From Candidatus Caldarchaeum sp. (lineage in GTDB: Archaea > Thermoproteota > Nitrososphaeria_A > Caldarchaeales > Caldarchaeaceae), in NCBI GenBank assembly GCA_038885755.1, contig JAVZZH010000002.1, forward strand, positions 128,001-192,000: a stretch of 64,000 nucleotides of DNA, written 5' to 3'. Both the position numbers and the translations under genes were made by a program. Under the pieces are notes generated by a model that was given only the letters and a program-made list of their open reading frames with translations, was not told where the DNA came from and made no database searches. Shown here piece after piece: positions 37,348-47,001 of the stretch. Positions within the stretch are counted from its first letter, which is position 1. Every line of letters starts with the position of its first letter.

Positions 37348-37790
37348 GTAGGTTAAGCGTTAACCCGTTTATATAAGGGAGCGCCCTCCGAGCAACACGC
37401 CGGAACAACCTCAACGTTGTTCTCCACGAATTCTCGGCCTTGGGAGACTATTGACCGGCCTTCAAGCTTCGAGCATTCTCAGCCGCCTCAGCCATACATA
37501 AGAACAGAAACGGTTGAGACCGCTAAACGTCATTCGTAAACTATAATCTGCCAAAACTCGGGCTTAAGGCGAGAATACTGGGATGGCGCGGTTTTGCGGG
37601 AACGGTCAAACAAGTGGGATTCATAGATTTGGCGGGAATAAGCCTATTGGAAGACGTAAAAGCTGGAGTGATGGCGGGGCTCAACGACAGGTGCGAAAGG
37701 CATTCGAGTATGGCCGACGGGATGCTTTGGGATAGCATAATGTGCTTACGCTTGTTTTCAGCTCCACGGTTTGTTTTACACATGTTTTAA

Positions 37791-38465
37791 TTGGTGCTAG
37801 GAGTGTGGTTCGGCGTGGTTTCTGTGTTCCTGGGCGTTGACTTGGCTGGCAGCCCTAAGAGGCCTTCTGGGATGGCTTTGCTGGATGAGGGGTTGGGTTG
37901 CAGGACGTGGGTTTGTTTCACTGACGACGAGATAGTCGCTGATGTTGATTCGGTGAAGCCTGTTGTGGTGGCTGTTGATGCTCCGCTCGGCCTTCCCCGT
38001 GGGAGGGAGAGTTTGGAGAAGCGGGGGCCGCCGCACTTCAGGGTGTGCGACATAGAGCTTCGACGCAGGGGGATAAAGTTCTTCCCGATAACCATCGGCC
38101 CCATGCGTATGCTGACAGCACGGGGGATGAAGCTTGCAGCAGCTTTGAGGCAGAAGGGGGTGAAGGTCTATGAATCGTATCCCGGCGGTGTGCAGGACGT
38201 TCTCAGGCTGCCGAGGAAGCAGCGGGGTGTCTCCAAGCTCGTGAAAGGCCTGAGGAGGCTTGGGGTGAAAGGCTTGTCCACAGACATCTCTGGCGATGAA
38301 GCGGACGCGGCGACGTGCGCTCTGGCAGCATATCTTTGGTGGAGAGGGGTGTGCGAGGAGCTTGGAGACCCGGACGAGGGTGTGATAATACTGCCGAAGC
38401 CTACGGTGGTTCGGGAGGTTCTGGCGCCTCGCTGTAAACGGGCGGCCAAGAAGAACTCTTCCTAG
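37791..38465 (+). CDS. DUF429 (RNase H-like) protein
   Basis: GVDLAG...PSG.A, VAVDAPL, R.CD.EL, ESYPG and DEADA..CAL; the start is probably a few codons further in. Confidence 0.8.
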   Translation: MVLGVWFGVVSVFLGVDLAGSPKRPSGMALLDEGLGCRTWVCFTDDEIVADVDSVKPVVVAVDAPLGLPRGRESLEKRGPPHFRVCDIELRRRGIKFFPITIGPMRMLTARGMKLAAALRQKGVKVYESYPGGVQDVLRLPRKQRGVSKLVKGLRRLGVKGLSTDISGDEADAATCALAAYLWWRGVCEELGDPDEGVIILPKPTVVREVLAPRCKRAAKKNSS

Positions 38466-39432
38466 CATCCTGCTCCGCTATCCGTCTCTCAACCTCGTTT
38501 CTCACGGGTTCGAGCCAAGGCGGGAGGACAAGCCTGCTTCCAAGGGTTTCACGCGGCTCGTCGACATCGTATCCGGGCCCTACGGTGGCGACCTCCATCA
38601 AGTTTCCGAACGGGTCTCTGAAGTAGAGAGAGCGGAACCAAAACCTGTCAACTATGCCCGAGTTCCTGACGTGAGCCATGTTTAGCCTCCGCTGAATTGT
38701 TTTCTGCTCTTCCTCGGACATGACTGACAGGGCTATGTGATGAATTGAGCCACGGCCCACGTAGCCGTATTCGGCTGAAGAGTCTACAACATAGCGGAGG
38801 AAAACGTCATCATCGTTTTTCACCGTGAGCCAGACGCGTCCGTCAACATCCTTAACCACCTTCATCTCCCTCAGCTGAAGAAATTTCTCGAGAAACCTTT
38901 GTAAAACACCTGCGTCGATAGCCAGCGGAGTGCAGTGGTCAAACCACATAATCCTCATCTCTGCGTCAACCGCTCCAACCATGTCGGAATCACGGAAAAC
39001 CTCTTCAACGTATTCCATGTCTAAGCCTTCGTCAACCGCTGTGAGCTCGAGCAGAGTGTTGTCAGGGTCGCGGAAGTATATCGAGACACGGCCGCCGTAA
39101 ACGCGGGGTCCTATTGTTTTTACACCGTTCCCCCTAAGCCATCCAAACCATCTGGCAAGCGTTTCAACGGATTTAACCCGGTAAGCCAGATGATGCGGTG
39201 AACCCAGCCCCGGATAACCGTAGGGCGCGTCAGTCCATTCGAAAAAGGTTATCGCGCTTCCCGTAGGCTTGTCCGGGTTTGCGTAGAAAGCATGCCTATG
39301 ATAGATGTCGTCTTGGTTGACGGAAAGCTTGACCTGCCTTAAGCCGAGAACCTCTGTGTAAAACCTGTAGTTTACATGGTAGTTGGAGGCGACTAGGGTG
39401 ATGTGGTGAAGGCCTTGGACAAGACTCTCCAT
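38401..39432 (-). CDS. VOC/glyoxalase-family ring-cleaving dioxygenase (MhqA/MhqO-like)
   Basis: GLHHIT, VKLSVNQDD, TFFEW, IYFRDPD, GSIHHIA, DRFWFRSLYFRDP and LVLPPWLE. Confidence 0.88.
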   Translation of the reverse strand: MESLVQGLHHITLVASNYHVNYRFYTEVLGLRQVKLSVNQDDIYHRHAFYANPDKPTGSAITFFEWTDAPYGYPGLGSPHHLAYRVKSVETLARWFGWLRGNGVKTIGPRVYGGRVSIYFRDPDNTLLELTAVDEGLDMEYVEEVFRDSDMVGAVDAEMRIMWFDHCTPLAIDAGVLQRFLEKFLQLREMKVVKDVDGRVWLTVKNDDDVFLRYVVDSSAEYGYVGRGSIHHIALSVMSEEEQKTIQRRLNMAHVRNSGIVDRFWFRSLYFRDPFGNLMEVATVGPGYDVDEPRETLGSRLVLPPWLEPVRNEVERRIAEQDARKSSSWPPVYSEAPEPPEPP

Positions 39433-39487
39433 GCCCGAGGCCAGCTAACAGCTGTAATTTATGTCGTGCAGCCCTACAACAAGCCGT

Positions 39488-40786
39488 TTACCCCGATATT
39501 TTCCCCGCAGCCGGCTTAACAATCCGCTTCGCTAGCTGATGGATGGCCACCGACACAGCGACGGAGACTGCGAAAGACGGGATGGATGCCCCGGTTGATG
39601 GGGCCAGCTGGACTATGGCCACGTAGACAGCTATTCCTGAAACCCAAGCTATCATGCTTCCGGCTTTCAAGCCGCTTCTTCTGTAGAACTCCTCAATCGA
39701 CGGCGGGTTGGCTCTCCTGTTTATGAAGAACTCGGAAGCCATGACGCCGAGAAGCGGGACGAAGAGGGAGCCGATTAACAGCAGGAACCACTCATACTGC
39801 ATCAGCGGGACGGCGAGAGCTAGGACAGCTCCTGCAGCGGCTGTGAAAGCGGCGAAAACCCACTGAGGCGTCTTGGTGAAAATGTTCTGGAAGGAGACAG
39901 CCGATGAGTAGATGTCCGCGAAGCCGTTATCCGTCTCGTCAACCAGTATCAGCAGCAGGGCTGCGTTTCCGAGGAATAGAGCACCTACTGCCGAGATTAT
40001 GTCGTTGATTCCCAGCACTGCTACGAGAGCTGCTCCGAGGAAGTAGAACCAAGTGTTTGATACGGTGTATCCTGTGAGCGTTCCGAGGAAGCTTCCCGAC
40101 TGCTTCGCGGAGAACCTGTTGTAGTCTGAGACGAGAGGCCACCATGATATCGGCATGGCTACGACGAGGTCGAGGGCGAGTAGTATTGGGATTGCTTCGG
40201 GGCTACGTGCTGTAAACCATGCACCGAAGCCGGGCGAGCTGACCACCATGTATGTTATCCAGATGGATGAGGCGTAGACAAGCCATATAGCAACCTTTTC
40301 AAGCCATTTCCTCACGACGACGAGAGGCCCTCCAATGGCGAGAAACATACACCACAGGCTGAACAAAATCACCCAGATTGGGAAGCTGAGGCTGCCGAAA
40401 AGCCAGCCGGTCAAAACCGAGGCAGCCTGAGCCATGATCATTATCTCGAACCCAGTCCATCCAATCAGCTGGACTATGTTGAGAACGGTCGGGATGTAGC
40501 TTCCCCTCAACCCTAGCACAGGCCTTAGGCTGACCATGGTTGGGACGCCGTACCTGCTGCCTACGGCGCCGGCGACGGCCAGCATCAGGCTGCCGATGAC
40601 AGAGCCTGCTACAGCCACGGCCAACACCTCAACCAAGCTGAGCGATGACAGGAAAGAACCCGCAACCATAACCAGTAATCCTACGCCAAGGCTTGACCAT
40701 AGGACGAAATAGTCGACGAACCTGAGCTGACGCGCCTCCTGCGGAACAGGATCAGGGCCCCACTCGGGCGGAAGCCTTATCTTCAT
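39488..40786 (-). CDS. NCS1-family nucleobase/HMP transporter (CytX-like)
   Basis: PPEWG..PVP, G.P.MVSLR..LG.RGS, N..QL.GW..FE and MPISW.PL.SDY.RF; probable ATG at 40786. Confidence 0.85.
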   Translation of the reverse strand: MKIRLPPEWGPDPVPQEARQLRFVDYFVLWSSLGVGLLVMVAGSFLSSLSLVEVLAVAVAGSVIGSLMLAVAGAVGSRYGVPTMVSLRPVLGLRGSYIPTVLNIVQLIGWTGFEIMIMAQAASVLTGWLFGSLSFPIWVILFSLWCMFLAIGGPLVVVRKWLEKVAIWLVYASSIWITYMVVSSPGFGAWFTARSPEAIPILLALDLVVAMPISWWPLVSDYNRFSAKQSGSFLGTLTGYTVSNTWFYFLGAALVAVLGINDIISAVGALFLGNAALLLILVDETDNGFADIYSSAVSFQNIFTKTPQWVFAAFTAAAGAVLALAVPLMQYEWFLLLIGSLFVPLLGVMASEFFINRRANPPSIEEFYRRSGLKAGSMIAWVSGIAVYVAIVQLAPSTGASIPSFAVSVAVSVAIHQLAKRIVKPAAGKISG

Positions 40787-41113
40787 GAGACTGACGGTAT
40801 CCGCATCCACAATATAAACCACTATATAACCAAGTTATATTCTCAGAAACAATACACCTGAAGAAAACCAAACCTCAACCATCTAGAAAGCCTAGGATGG
40901 ATAAACTTGTCGTCAAGCAGGAAACAACCGCTTACCGAGCATGCGAGAGATTTTCTACTTCTCGACGGAGCTATCACCACGGCGGCGGACCTCCCGATTC
41001 TCTATCAAACGGGTAAAAAGTCGCGGGCTGTTTCTATGAGGCTACAGCACAACCCCATCCACCATAGAGGCTTGCCTTTTCCTGAAACAGGGTCTGGAAA
41101 GGATCTTAACGAG

Positions 41114-41548
41114 TTATGACTTTTTGTTCTCGTTTAAATTGATTACAGCGAGTCCTTTTTCAGTCAAGCTGTATTTATAGGGTTTGCCGGACCGGGATAC
41201 GAGACCCATTTCGTAAAGATTCTTCATAACACGAGCTGAATGCTCCCGGCTCAGGTTCAGGCTTCGGCTGATATCACTTGATATCACACTCCCCTTCTCC
41301 CTTATAAGCCGCAGGGCCGCCAAAGCCGATTCGTGCAGCACCGGCATCTCGTCGCTTTTCCCAGTGTTGTCGGGGTTTGATGGAGGCGGCTGGGTTCGAC
41401 GGGGTTGCTGTGATGCAGCGTGATTTTCTTTTCCATGTGTGATATCACGGTTTGCCACAGCCCGTCTGTAGAGGAAGATGAAAACCGCTGTCTGCGTCAT
41501 GAAAAGAATGGTGAAAACAGCCGTTAAAGCCTCCAAACCACCCTTCAA
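41114..41548 (-). CDS. Membrane-anchored winged-helix protein
   Basis: N-terminal TM, low-complexity linker, then SSDISRSLNLSREHSARVMKNLYEMGLVSR.GKPY.YSLTEKG. TTG start overlaps the upstream stop. Confidence 0.75.
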   Translation of the reverse strand: MKGGLEALTAVFTILFMTQTAVFIFLYRRAVANRDITHGKENHAASQQPRRTQPPPSNPDNTGKSDEMPVLHESALAALRLIREKGSVISSDISRSLNLSREHSARVMKNLYEMGLVSRSGKPYKYSLTEKGLAVINLNENKKS

Positions 41549-41982
41549 CCCTCCAGAGAGACTAGAAACTCCTTCACAGCTTCCCAGTCTCTGTCCTCGA
41601 AGGCTTCGCTGAGCCTGAAAAACCACTGGTATTCGGGGAGCTTGACAACTCCCAGATAGCTTAGGAGAATAAGCGTGAACAAGGCTTTTGAGACGTTGCG
41701 CAACGCCTGCTTCTTGGTCCTCACGAACGATCCTTTCGTGACGCCGCGTAGCGCGGCTCGCTGTTCGGCTGTTAGCATCACGCCATCACGTTGCGACATC
41801 ACGTCGAATACAAGGGTTTCCGCCTGTTTCTTGGTTAGGCTGGATTTCTTAACTAGTTCTTGGAAGACCTTGTCTTCGGCTATTTTACGTATTGTCTCGG
41901 CGATTTTTTCGCCGTCGGGGATTTTCCTGTCCAACTCCTTCCACGGAATACAGTTTTGTAAACCGCGGTATATTTGCATCAC
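41545..41982 (-). CDS. Hypothetical HTH-like protein (Tfx-like pattern)
   Basis: SSLTKKQAETL...RAALRGVTKGSFVRTKKQALRNV; the true start is probably TTG near 41934. Confidence 0.6.
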   Translation of the reverse strand: MMQIYRGLQNCIPWKELDRKIPDGEKIAETIRKIAEDKVFQELVKKSSLTKKQAETLVFDVMSQRDGVMLTAEQRAALRGVTKGSFVRTKKQALRNVSKALFTLILLSYLGVVKLPEYQWFFRLSEAFEDRDWEAVKEFLVSLEG

Positions 41983-42066
41983 GCCGCATCACGCCGGGAA
42001 CACCTACAGCAGAGATCTCTAAGTAATACGCCAACTATTAATAACGAGCTGATCTCTTCCTGTGTC

Positions 42067-42447
42067 ATGGCTGTGGTTAAAAACGCCAGCAGCGTGGGTT
42101 CACAAGAGGTTGAGAAGGCCAAGCTCGCGTTCATCCAGTGGCTTATTGACTCGCGCGACGGCTCCAGCAACATTTACCTGAGAAAGTTCACGGTCAAGCC
42201 CGGCGGGGAGATTCCTTCTCACAGCCATCCGGACATGGAGCACGTTCAGTATGTGTTGCGGGGCGAGTATGAGGTTTCTCTGGATGGCGTGGTTCACAGA
42301 GTTAAGGCGGGCGATGTTCTCTTCATCCCAGCCAACACCGTCCACAGCTACAGGAACACAGGCGGCGAGGATGCGGAGTTTCTCTGCATAATAACAAGCA
42401 AGCCATACAGCACGATTTGGGGAGAAAAACCAGCTCCACGCTGTTGA
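42067..42447 (+). CDS. Cupin domain protein
   Basis: PGGEIPSHSHPDMEHVQYVL.G and GDVLFIPANTVHSY.N. Confidence 0.9.
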   Translation: MAVVKNASSVGSQEVEKAKLAFIQWLIDSRDGSSNIYLRKFTVKPGGEIPSHSHPDMEHVQYVLRGEYEVSLDGVVHRVKAGDVLFIPANTVHSYRNTGGEDAEFLCIITSKPYSTIWGEKPAPRC

Positions 42448-42504
42448 GCAGCCGCCGTCTACCGGCGCTAATTATAAAAACACGCAGTCAACAATTGACT
42501 CAAA

Positions 42505-43869
42505 ATGGCTAGCGGAAAGGCCCTTTCAGCGACCATCATCTTTTTGCTGTTGATGTCGGTTCAAGCTCAGGAGACAGGTGTTCAGGTGGTTAGAGAGGCC
42601 TTGAGAAGCGACCTAGCTTACGCCCGAGGCCTCGTGGAAGACGACGGTAGGGTTTCTCGTGTCTTCGACCCCTCCGGTTCTCTGAGGGGGCACGTTCTTG
42701 TCGGCTCCATGGTTGCGATGATACACGTCGGCATGGGCGACCCCGAGTCTCTTGCCCTGCTCAACAGGCTGGCTGACAGCATTAACAGCAGAGTTGAGTC
42801 GGAGGACGGGTTGGACCTAGGTTTTGAAGCGGGGACTCTGCCGGACGCCGACAACTACCTCACTCATGTTCTGACGGCTGATTTTCTGTCGGCGCATTAT
42901 GGCCTTACAAGGAATGCGAGGAGCAGGGAAAACATGCTTAAGGTTGCCGAAAGCCTAGAGCAGCGGTTTGGCTGGACGCCGGCGTTGTCTAAAGCCGCAT
43001 ACCTCACGCTGTCCTCACGCGTCTCTTATCTCTCCGGCAGCAAGCCGCAGGCTGCAGACATGGAGACCGCTCTAAACGAATTCTCTACACACTTTATGGA
43101 CGTGATTAGTTTCTCGGCAAGAGGGTTCGAAGGTCTGACGACATCGCTTTACCAGCTCTCGCTGCTTTTGGATGCCGCTGCCAAGGCTGGGTTGACGGCT
43201 CCGGAGGAGCTTGCGGCGCTATGGGCTGTTCATGTAGACTATGTCGTCAACGCCTCCGAATCCGTTCCAATCACTCCTGAAAACTATCCGAGGCTTTTAG
43301 GGGCTTTGACCTCTTTGACGTATGCTTCGGAGGTCCGTGGATTTGCGAACTCGAGTCTTGCTGCGGAGCATGCTCTCCGGCTGGCCGGGCGTGTTTCGGC
43401 GATGTGGCGTTCAGGCGGTAGAATTCTTCTGTTGCCCGTGAATGTTTTCGATGTTTACCAGTTCGACCCTGTCGTGCCGGTGAGCGAGATGGTTGCCGAG
43501 GTTCAGAGGGGGGTTAGGCCTGTTATGGCTGACCTGAGGTTTCCGACGCTTCTGCTTGTTCTCGAAAGGTCTGCAGGGCTTACGTCTGAGCTTAAGGAGG
43601 TTGTGTCGTTGGCGGTCGGGAAAGTAGCTGTCGTGGACGGTTATTTTCCTCTGTTTGACAAGGGCGTGGTGAAGTCTGAGGAGTTCGTGAACAGGTGGTG
43701 GCGTGTCAGCCTGCTGTCGACTTACTTGGCTTTCATGCGCGCCCCAGCAGCCCTTCAACGAAACGCCACGGCGGAAATCTTCTTCGACTTACATCCCAGC
43801 TTCCTCGCCTTCCTGACCATACTGCTGGCAGCTGCCTTTCTCCGCAGAACGGGCATGCTGAGGTGGTAG
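42505..43869 (+). CDS. Exported helical protein with a C-terminal membrane anchor
   Basis: N-terminal signal peptide (SVQA cleavage-like) and C-terminal PSF-TM-RR. Confidence 0.65.
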   Translation: MASGKALSATIIFLLLMSVQAQETGVQVVREALRSDLAYARGLVEDDGRVSRVFDPSGSLRGHVLVGSMVAMIHVGMGDPESLALLNRLADSINSRVESEDGLDLGFEAGTLPDADNYLTHVLTADFLSAHYGLTRNARSRENMLKVAESLEQRFGWTPALSKAAYLTLSSRVSYLSGSKPQAADMETALNEFSTHFMDVISFSARGFEGLTTSLYQLSLLLDAAAKAGLTAPEELAALWAVHVDYVVNASESVPITPENYPRLLGALTSLTYASEVRGFANSSLAAEHALRLAGRVSAMWRSGGRILLLPVNVFDVYQFDPVVPVSEMVAEVQRGVRPVMADLRFPTLLLVLERSAGLTSELKEVVSLAVGKVAVVDGYFPLFDKGVVKSEEFVNRWWRVSLLSTYLAFMRAPAALQRNATAEIFFDLHPSFLAFLTILLAAAFLRRTGMLRW

Positions 43870-45053
43870 GGGTGGCTGAGCCGTCGCCGAAAACAGGGGT
43901 CGCCGTCCTCTTCGCTGGAGCCTTGTTGTCCTCAGCTGGTTTTCTGATGGATTATGGTGCTTTGAGCGGCTGGTTCACGTTTCTCTCAGGCTGGTTCGCC
44001 AAGCTCGCCAACATTCTGCAGTTCGACATAGGGCCCGCCGCCATGGGTTTTGGTTTGGGCTGGCTTGTCAGCGGAATGAATCCCATGAGAAAATGGTATC
44101 TCTACGCTGTTGTTGCGGGTCTTCTGGTTTCCACCACTTCGTTCACGGCCTCGGTTTTTCTGCCTCTTGATGTTTACATCGTGTCCGCGTTGATTCTTTC
44201 CCTCACTTGGGCCGTGGGGCCCGCTCTCCTGACCTCAGGTGTTCTCGCCGCTATCGTTGTAAACAAACGCGTTTCGAAGCATGGTGTGAAGCCGTTGCCC
44301 AACCCGCATGAGGACCGGCTGGACGTAGTGGTCCTCCTCGGCCTCTACATCCCCCTGCTGCCCATAATGACTTCCCAAGCCTTCTACCTCAGATATCTCC
44401 TTCCAGCGGTTGTCGCGTGGGTTTTATGGCACTTCCTCGCAGACCGGTTGACGGTTTACCTTCTCGCCCGCCGGGCGAGGGGCAGCGTTCAGCTGGTCGC
44501 CGTAGAGCCTCCGTCGCCCGAGGAGACGACGCTCATGAACGTTGTTTCACGGTCATACTACCCCATGGCCTTCGGCATCGGAGTTACGACAACCGTCTCC
44601 AGCATCCTCGACCTCCTCAACATCCAGCTGTTCGGCGGAGACCCCTTCGCAGCAACAGCAGGAGCCGCGCTGGCCTCTATAGCAGCAATAGCCGCGGGCG
44701 CTCTCTACGTGGGCCCCGTCCTCTGGCTCTTCGAAGACCTCGGAATCAGAGAATTTGACAGAGCCAAGCGTGTAATGAAGCTTCCCGGAATCCACAGTCT
44801 GGCCGATGAGATGGTTGAGATATACACCTTCATCTTCTCGCCCATCGGGTTCACGTTCGCCGTGGCTGACGGAGACTTGCTTCTAGCCTTCGTCCTGCTC
44901 GGGCTTGTCTTCCACCTTCTCCTAACAATCTCCATGACAGCCACCTACCTCTACCTAAAGTTCTCAGCCAAATCTCATCTGCACAGCGTCTTGACTAGGC
45001 TGGCTGGTAAAGGCCTCATAAACACACCTCCTCCAAACGTGATGGGGGCTTGA
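43863..45053 (+). CDS. Polytopic membrane protein, unknown function
   Basis: About 9-10 TM; GTG start overlaps the end of the upstream gene (the ORF track extends it to 43695). Confidence 0.65.
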   Translation: MVGVAEPSPKTGVAVLFAGALLSSAGFLMDYGALSGWFTFLSGWFAKLANILQFDIGPAAMGFGLGWLVSGMNPMRKWYLYAVVAGLLVSTTSFTASVFLPLDVYIVSALILSLTWAVGPALLTSGVLAAIVVNKRVSKHGVKPLPNPHEDRLDVVVLLGLYIPLLPIMTSQAFYLRYLLPAVVAWVLWHFLADRLTVYLLARRARGSVQLVAVEPPSPEETTLMNVVSRSYYPMAFGIGVTTTVSSILDLLNIQLFGGDPFAATAGAALASIAAIAAGALYVGPVLWLFEDLGIREFDRAKRVMKLPGIHSLADEMVEIYTFIFSPIGFTFAVADGDLLLAFVLLGLVFHLLLTISMTATYLYLKFSAKSHLHSVLTRLAGKGLINTPPPNVMGA

Positions 45054-45973
45054 CGCAGCTTCTATTCGAGGGCTGCTACGTGGTTGACGCGTTCGGCGAC
45101 ATTTACGCCGTCAAGGGCCTCGTCCACCCGCCTGGAAGGGTTTACGGTATTCCGAGGATTGTTGAGGGGGTCAAGGTCAAGGATTTCAGCCGGGCGTTTG
45201 ACTACGTTGTGCGGAAGAGGCCTGAGTATCTCTTCGACGACCCTTACACGGGAAGGGTTGTTGTGGCTGTTCCCGAAAGCATGATATCACGCAGGCTCCT
45301 TCCCTCGAGAACAATTAAGGGCCCTTCAAAGCATGTCGAGGCGGCGATGAAGCTGGCGGACCAGCTTGCCGGCTGCGGCGTCGAGTTCGGGTTCACAGGC
45401 TCCCTCCTGACAGGATACGTGGACGAAAAATCCGACGTCGACATGGTTGTTTACAGGGAGGGGAGAAAGGCCTACGAAGTGTTTAAGAAGCTGAGGTGTG
45501 AAGGTGCTACGAGGCCAGCGGCTGGCGAAAGCTTGGACAGGCTGCTGGAAAGCCGGAGGGACTCGGCGAGGGCTCTGGACATGATGGAGGCGGAGAGACG
45601 TAAAGTTTTGACAGGGGTGTTCGACGACCTCCTTTACACCGTTAAGATTGTTCCCGAAAGCTTCTGGGAGACATGGCAGGACACTAGGTGTGAACCGGTC
45701 CAGCAGTATGAATGCGTGGTTGAGGTTGTTGACGACTCGAATGCTTTCTATACGCCGGGCAGGTATGGAGTAAGGGTTGTTGACGGGGACGACGTCGGAC
45801 GCGACGTAAGGGAGATGATTTTCTTCAGAAGCAGGTTCGCCGAAATGGCTGCAGCCGGCGACGTTTTAAAAGTCAGGGCTTTGCTCGAAAAAGTCTCAAC
45901 AAACACAGGTTCTTATCTAAGGCTTAACGTCGGAGTCAACCGGGAGGACTACATTCTCAGGTGGCAGGTCTGA
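45050..45973 (+). CDS. Predicted nucleotidyltransferase (COG1665-like)
   Basis: AVKG..HPPGR and pol-beta-type GFTGSLL.G....SDVDMVVY; C-terminal OB-like G..LKVRALLE. Confidence 0.75.
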   Translation: MTQLLFEGCYVVDAFGDIYAVKGLVHPPGRVYGIPRIVEGVKVKDFSRAFDYVVRKRPEYLFDDPYTGRVVVAVPESMISRRLLPSRTIKGPSKHVEAAMKLADQLAGCGVEFGFTGSLLTGYVDEKSDVDMVVYREGRKAYEVFKKLRCEGATRPAAGESLDRLLESRRDSARALDMMEAERRKVLTGVFDDLLYTVKIVPESFWETWQDTRCEPVQQYECVVEVVDDSNAFYTPGRYGVRVVDGDDVGRDVREMIFFRSRFAEMAAAGDVLKVRALLEKVSTNTGSYLRLNVGVNREDYILRWQV

Positions 45974-47001
45974 AGAAGCTGAGGGATGAGAGACACGTGT
46001 ACAGGGACCATGACTTCGTCGAGACCGTTGACGGCTGGTTGTTTGGAGTGGTCTCCGACATACATCCACCCGGCCGCATTCTCTCCTACCTCAAATACGT
46101 ACCGGGTGAAGGTGTGTGGTCCCGTGGAGGTGTTGCCTACAGGAGGGTTTTAACCAGCTACACAACCCGTGAGCTGGCTCAGGTTCTTGACATGGTTCGC
46201 CGAGCAAGGCCCCAGTACATCTACCACGACCCTATGACAGGAGAGGACTTCACCTACGTGCCGGCCGAACTGGTCAAAAAACACTACCGATGCGAGGAAA
46301 AGCTGCAGCAGATTCTACGCAGCCCGTCGACGACGCTCGAGGGGACGTGTGCAAAGCTGGTCGGGAAGCTTTCCGCGAGGTCGGGTGTTGAGACATGTTT
46401 CTTCGGTGTTTCAGGCTCTTTACTCCTCGGGCTGCACAACCCGGCAGCCGACATAGACTTGGTTGTTTACGGTGGACGGAACTTCAGAAGAGTTGTCGAC
46501 GCCGCCCAACACACACAGACTGCTCAGCACGTAAGCGAGATGAGAAAAATGCTCGTGCGAAACTTCCTGAAAAAGTATCCGCTTGCTGTGGATGATGCGG
46601 AAAGGCTTGCGGCGAGATGTTTGACTCGCGGGTTTTTCGACGGAGTTCCTTTCTCCCTGCATGCGGTACGGCTTCTCGAAGAGATAACGTCGGGGTATGG
46701 CGCGCTTCGGTATAGCGATGCTGGAATCAGGAGGACAACCATGAGGGTTGTGAACGCTTCGGAGGGGGTTTTCACGCCAGCTGTTTACAGAGTTGAAGAC
46801 TTGGGCGGCGTGGGGGTGGAGAGGCTTCTCTGCTACGACACGACTTTCGCAGGCCTCTTCATGGAGGGAGACTTGGTCGAGGCCGTAGGCAAGCTGGAGA
46901 AAGTCCAAGACATCGCCGGCGGAGTAGATTACTACAGCCTTCTCGTTGGGTCTGTCAAGACAGCCGGAGTCGAGTACGTCAGGCTCTTAAAAACAGCTTA
47001 A
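45961..47001 (+). CDS. Predicted nucleotidyltransferase (COG1665-like), tandem paralog
   Basis: RDHDFVET.DG..F.V....HPPGR...YLKY.P, GVSGSLLLG.H...ADIDLVVYG and G.LVEAVGKLE. Confidence 0.78.
   Translation: MAGLKKLRDERHVYRDHDFVETVDGWLFGVVSDIHPPGRILSYLKYVPGEGVWSRGGVAYRRVLTSYTTRELAQVLDMVRRARPQYIYHDPMTGEDFTYVPAELVKKHYRCEEKLQQILRSPSTTLEGTCAKLVGKLSARSGVETCFFGVSGSLLLGLHNPAADIDLVVYGGRNFRRVVDAAQHTQTAQHVSEMRKMLVRNFLKKYPLAVDDAERLAARCLTRGFFDGVPFSLHAVRLLEEITSGYGALRYSDAGIRRTTMRVVNASEGVFTPAVYRVEDLGGVGVERLLCYDTTFAGLFMEGDLVEAVGKLEKVQDIAGGVDYYSLLVGSVKTAGVEYVRLLKTA

Noticed and set aside
40787-41113. TPP riboswitch upstream of the CytX-like transporter
   Set aside because: Only an isolated CTGAGA; the other conserved elements are missing, and a TATA-like box lies close to the start.
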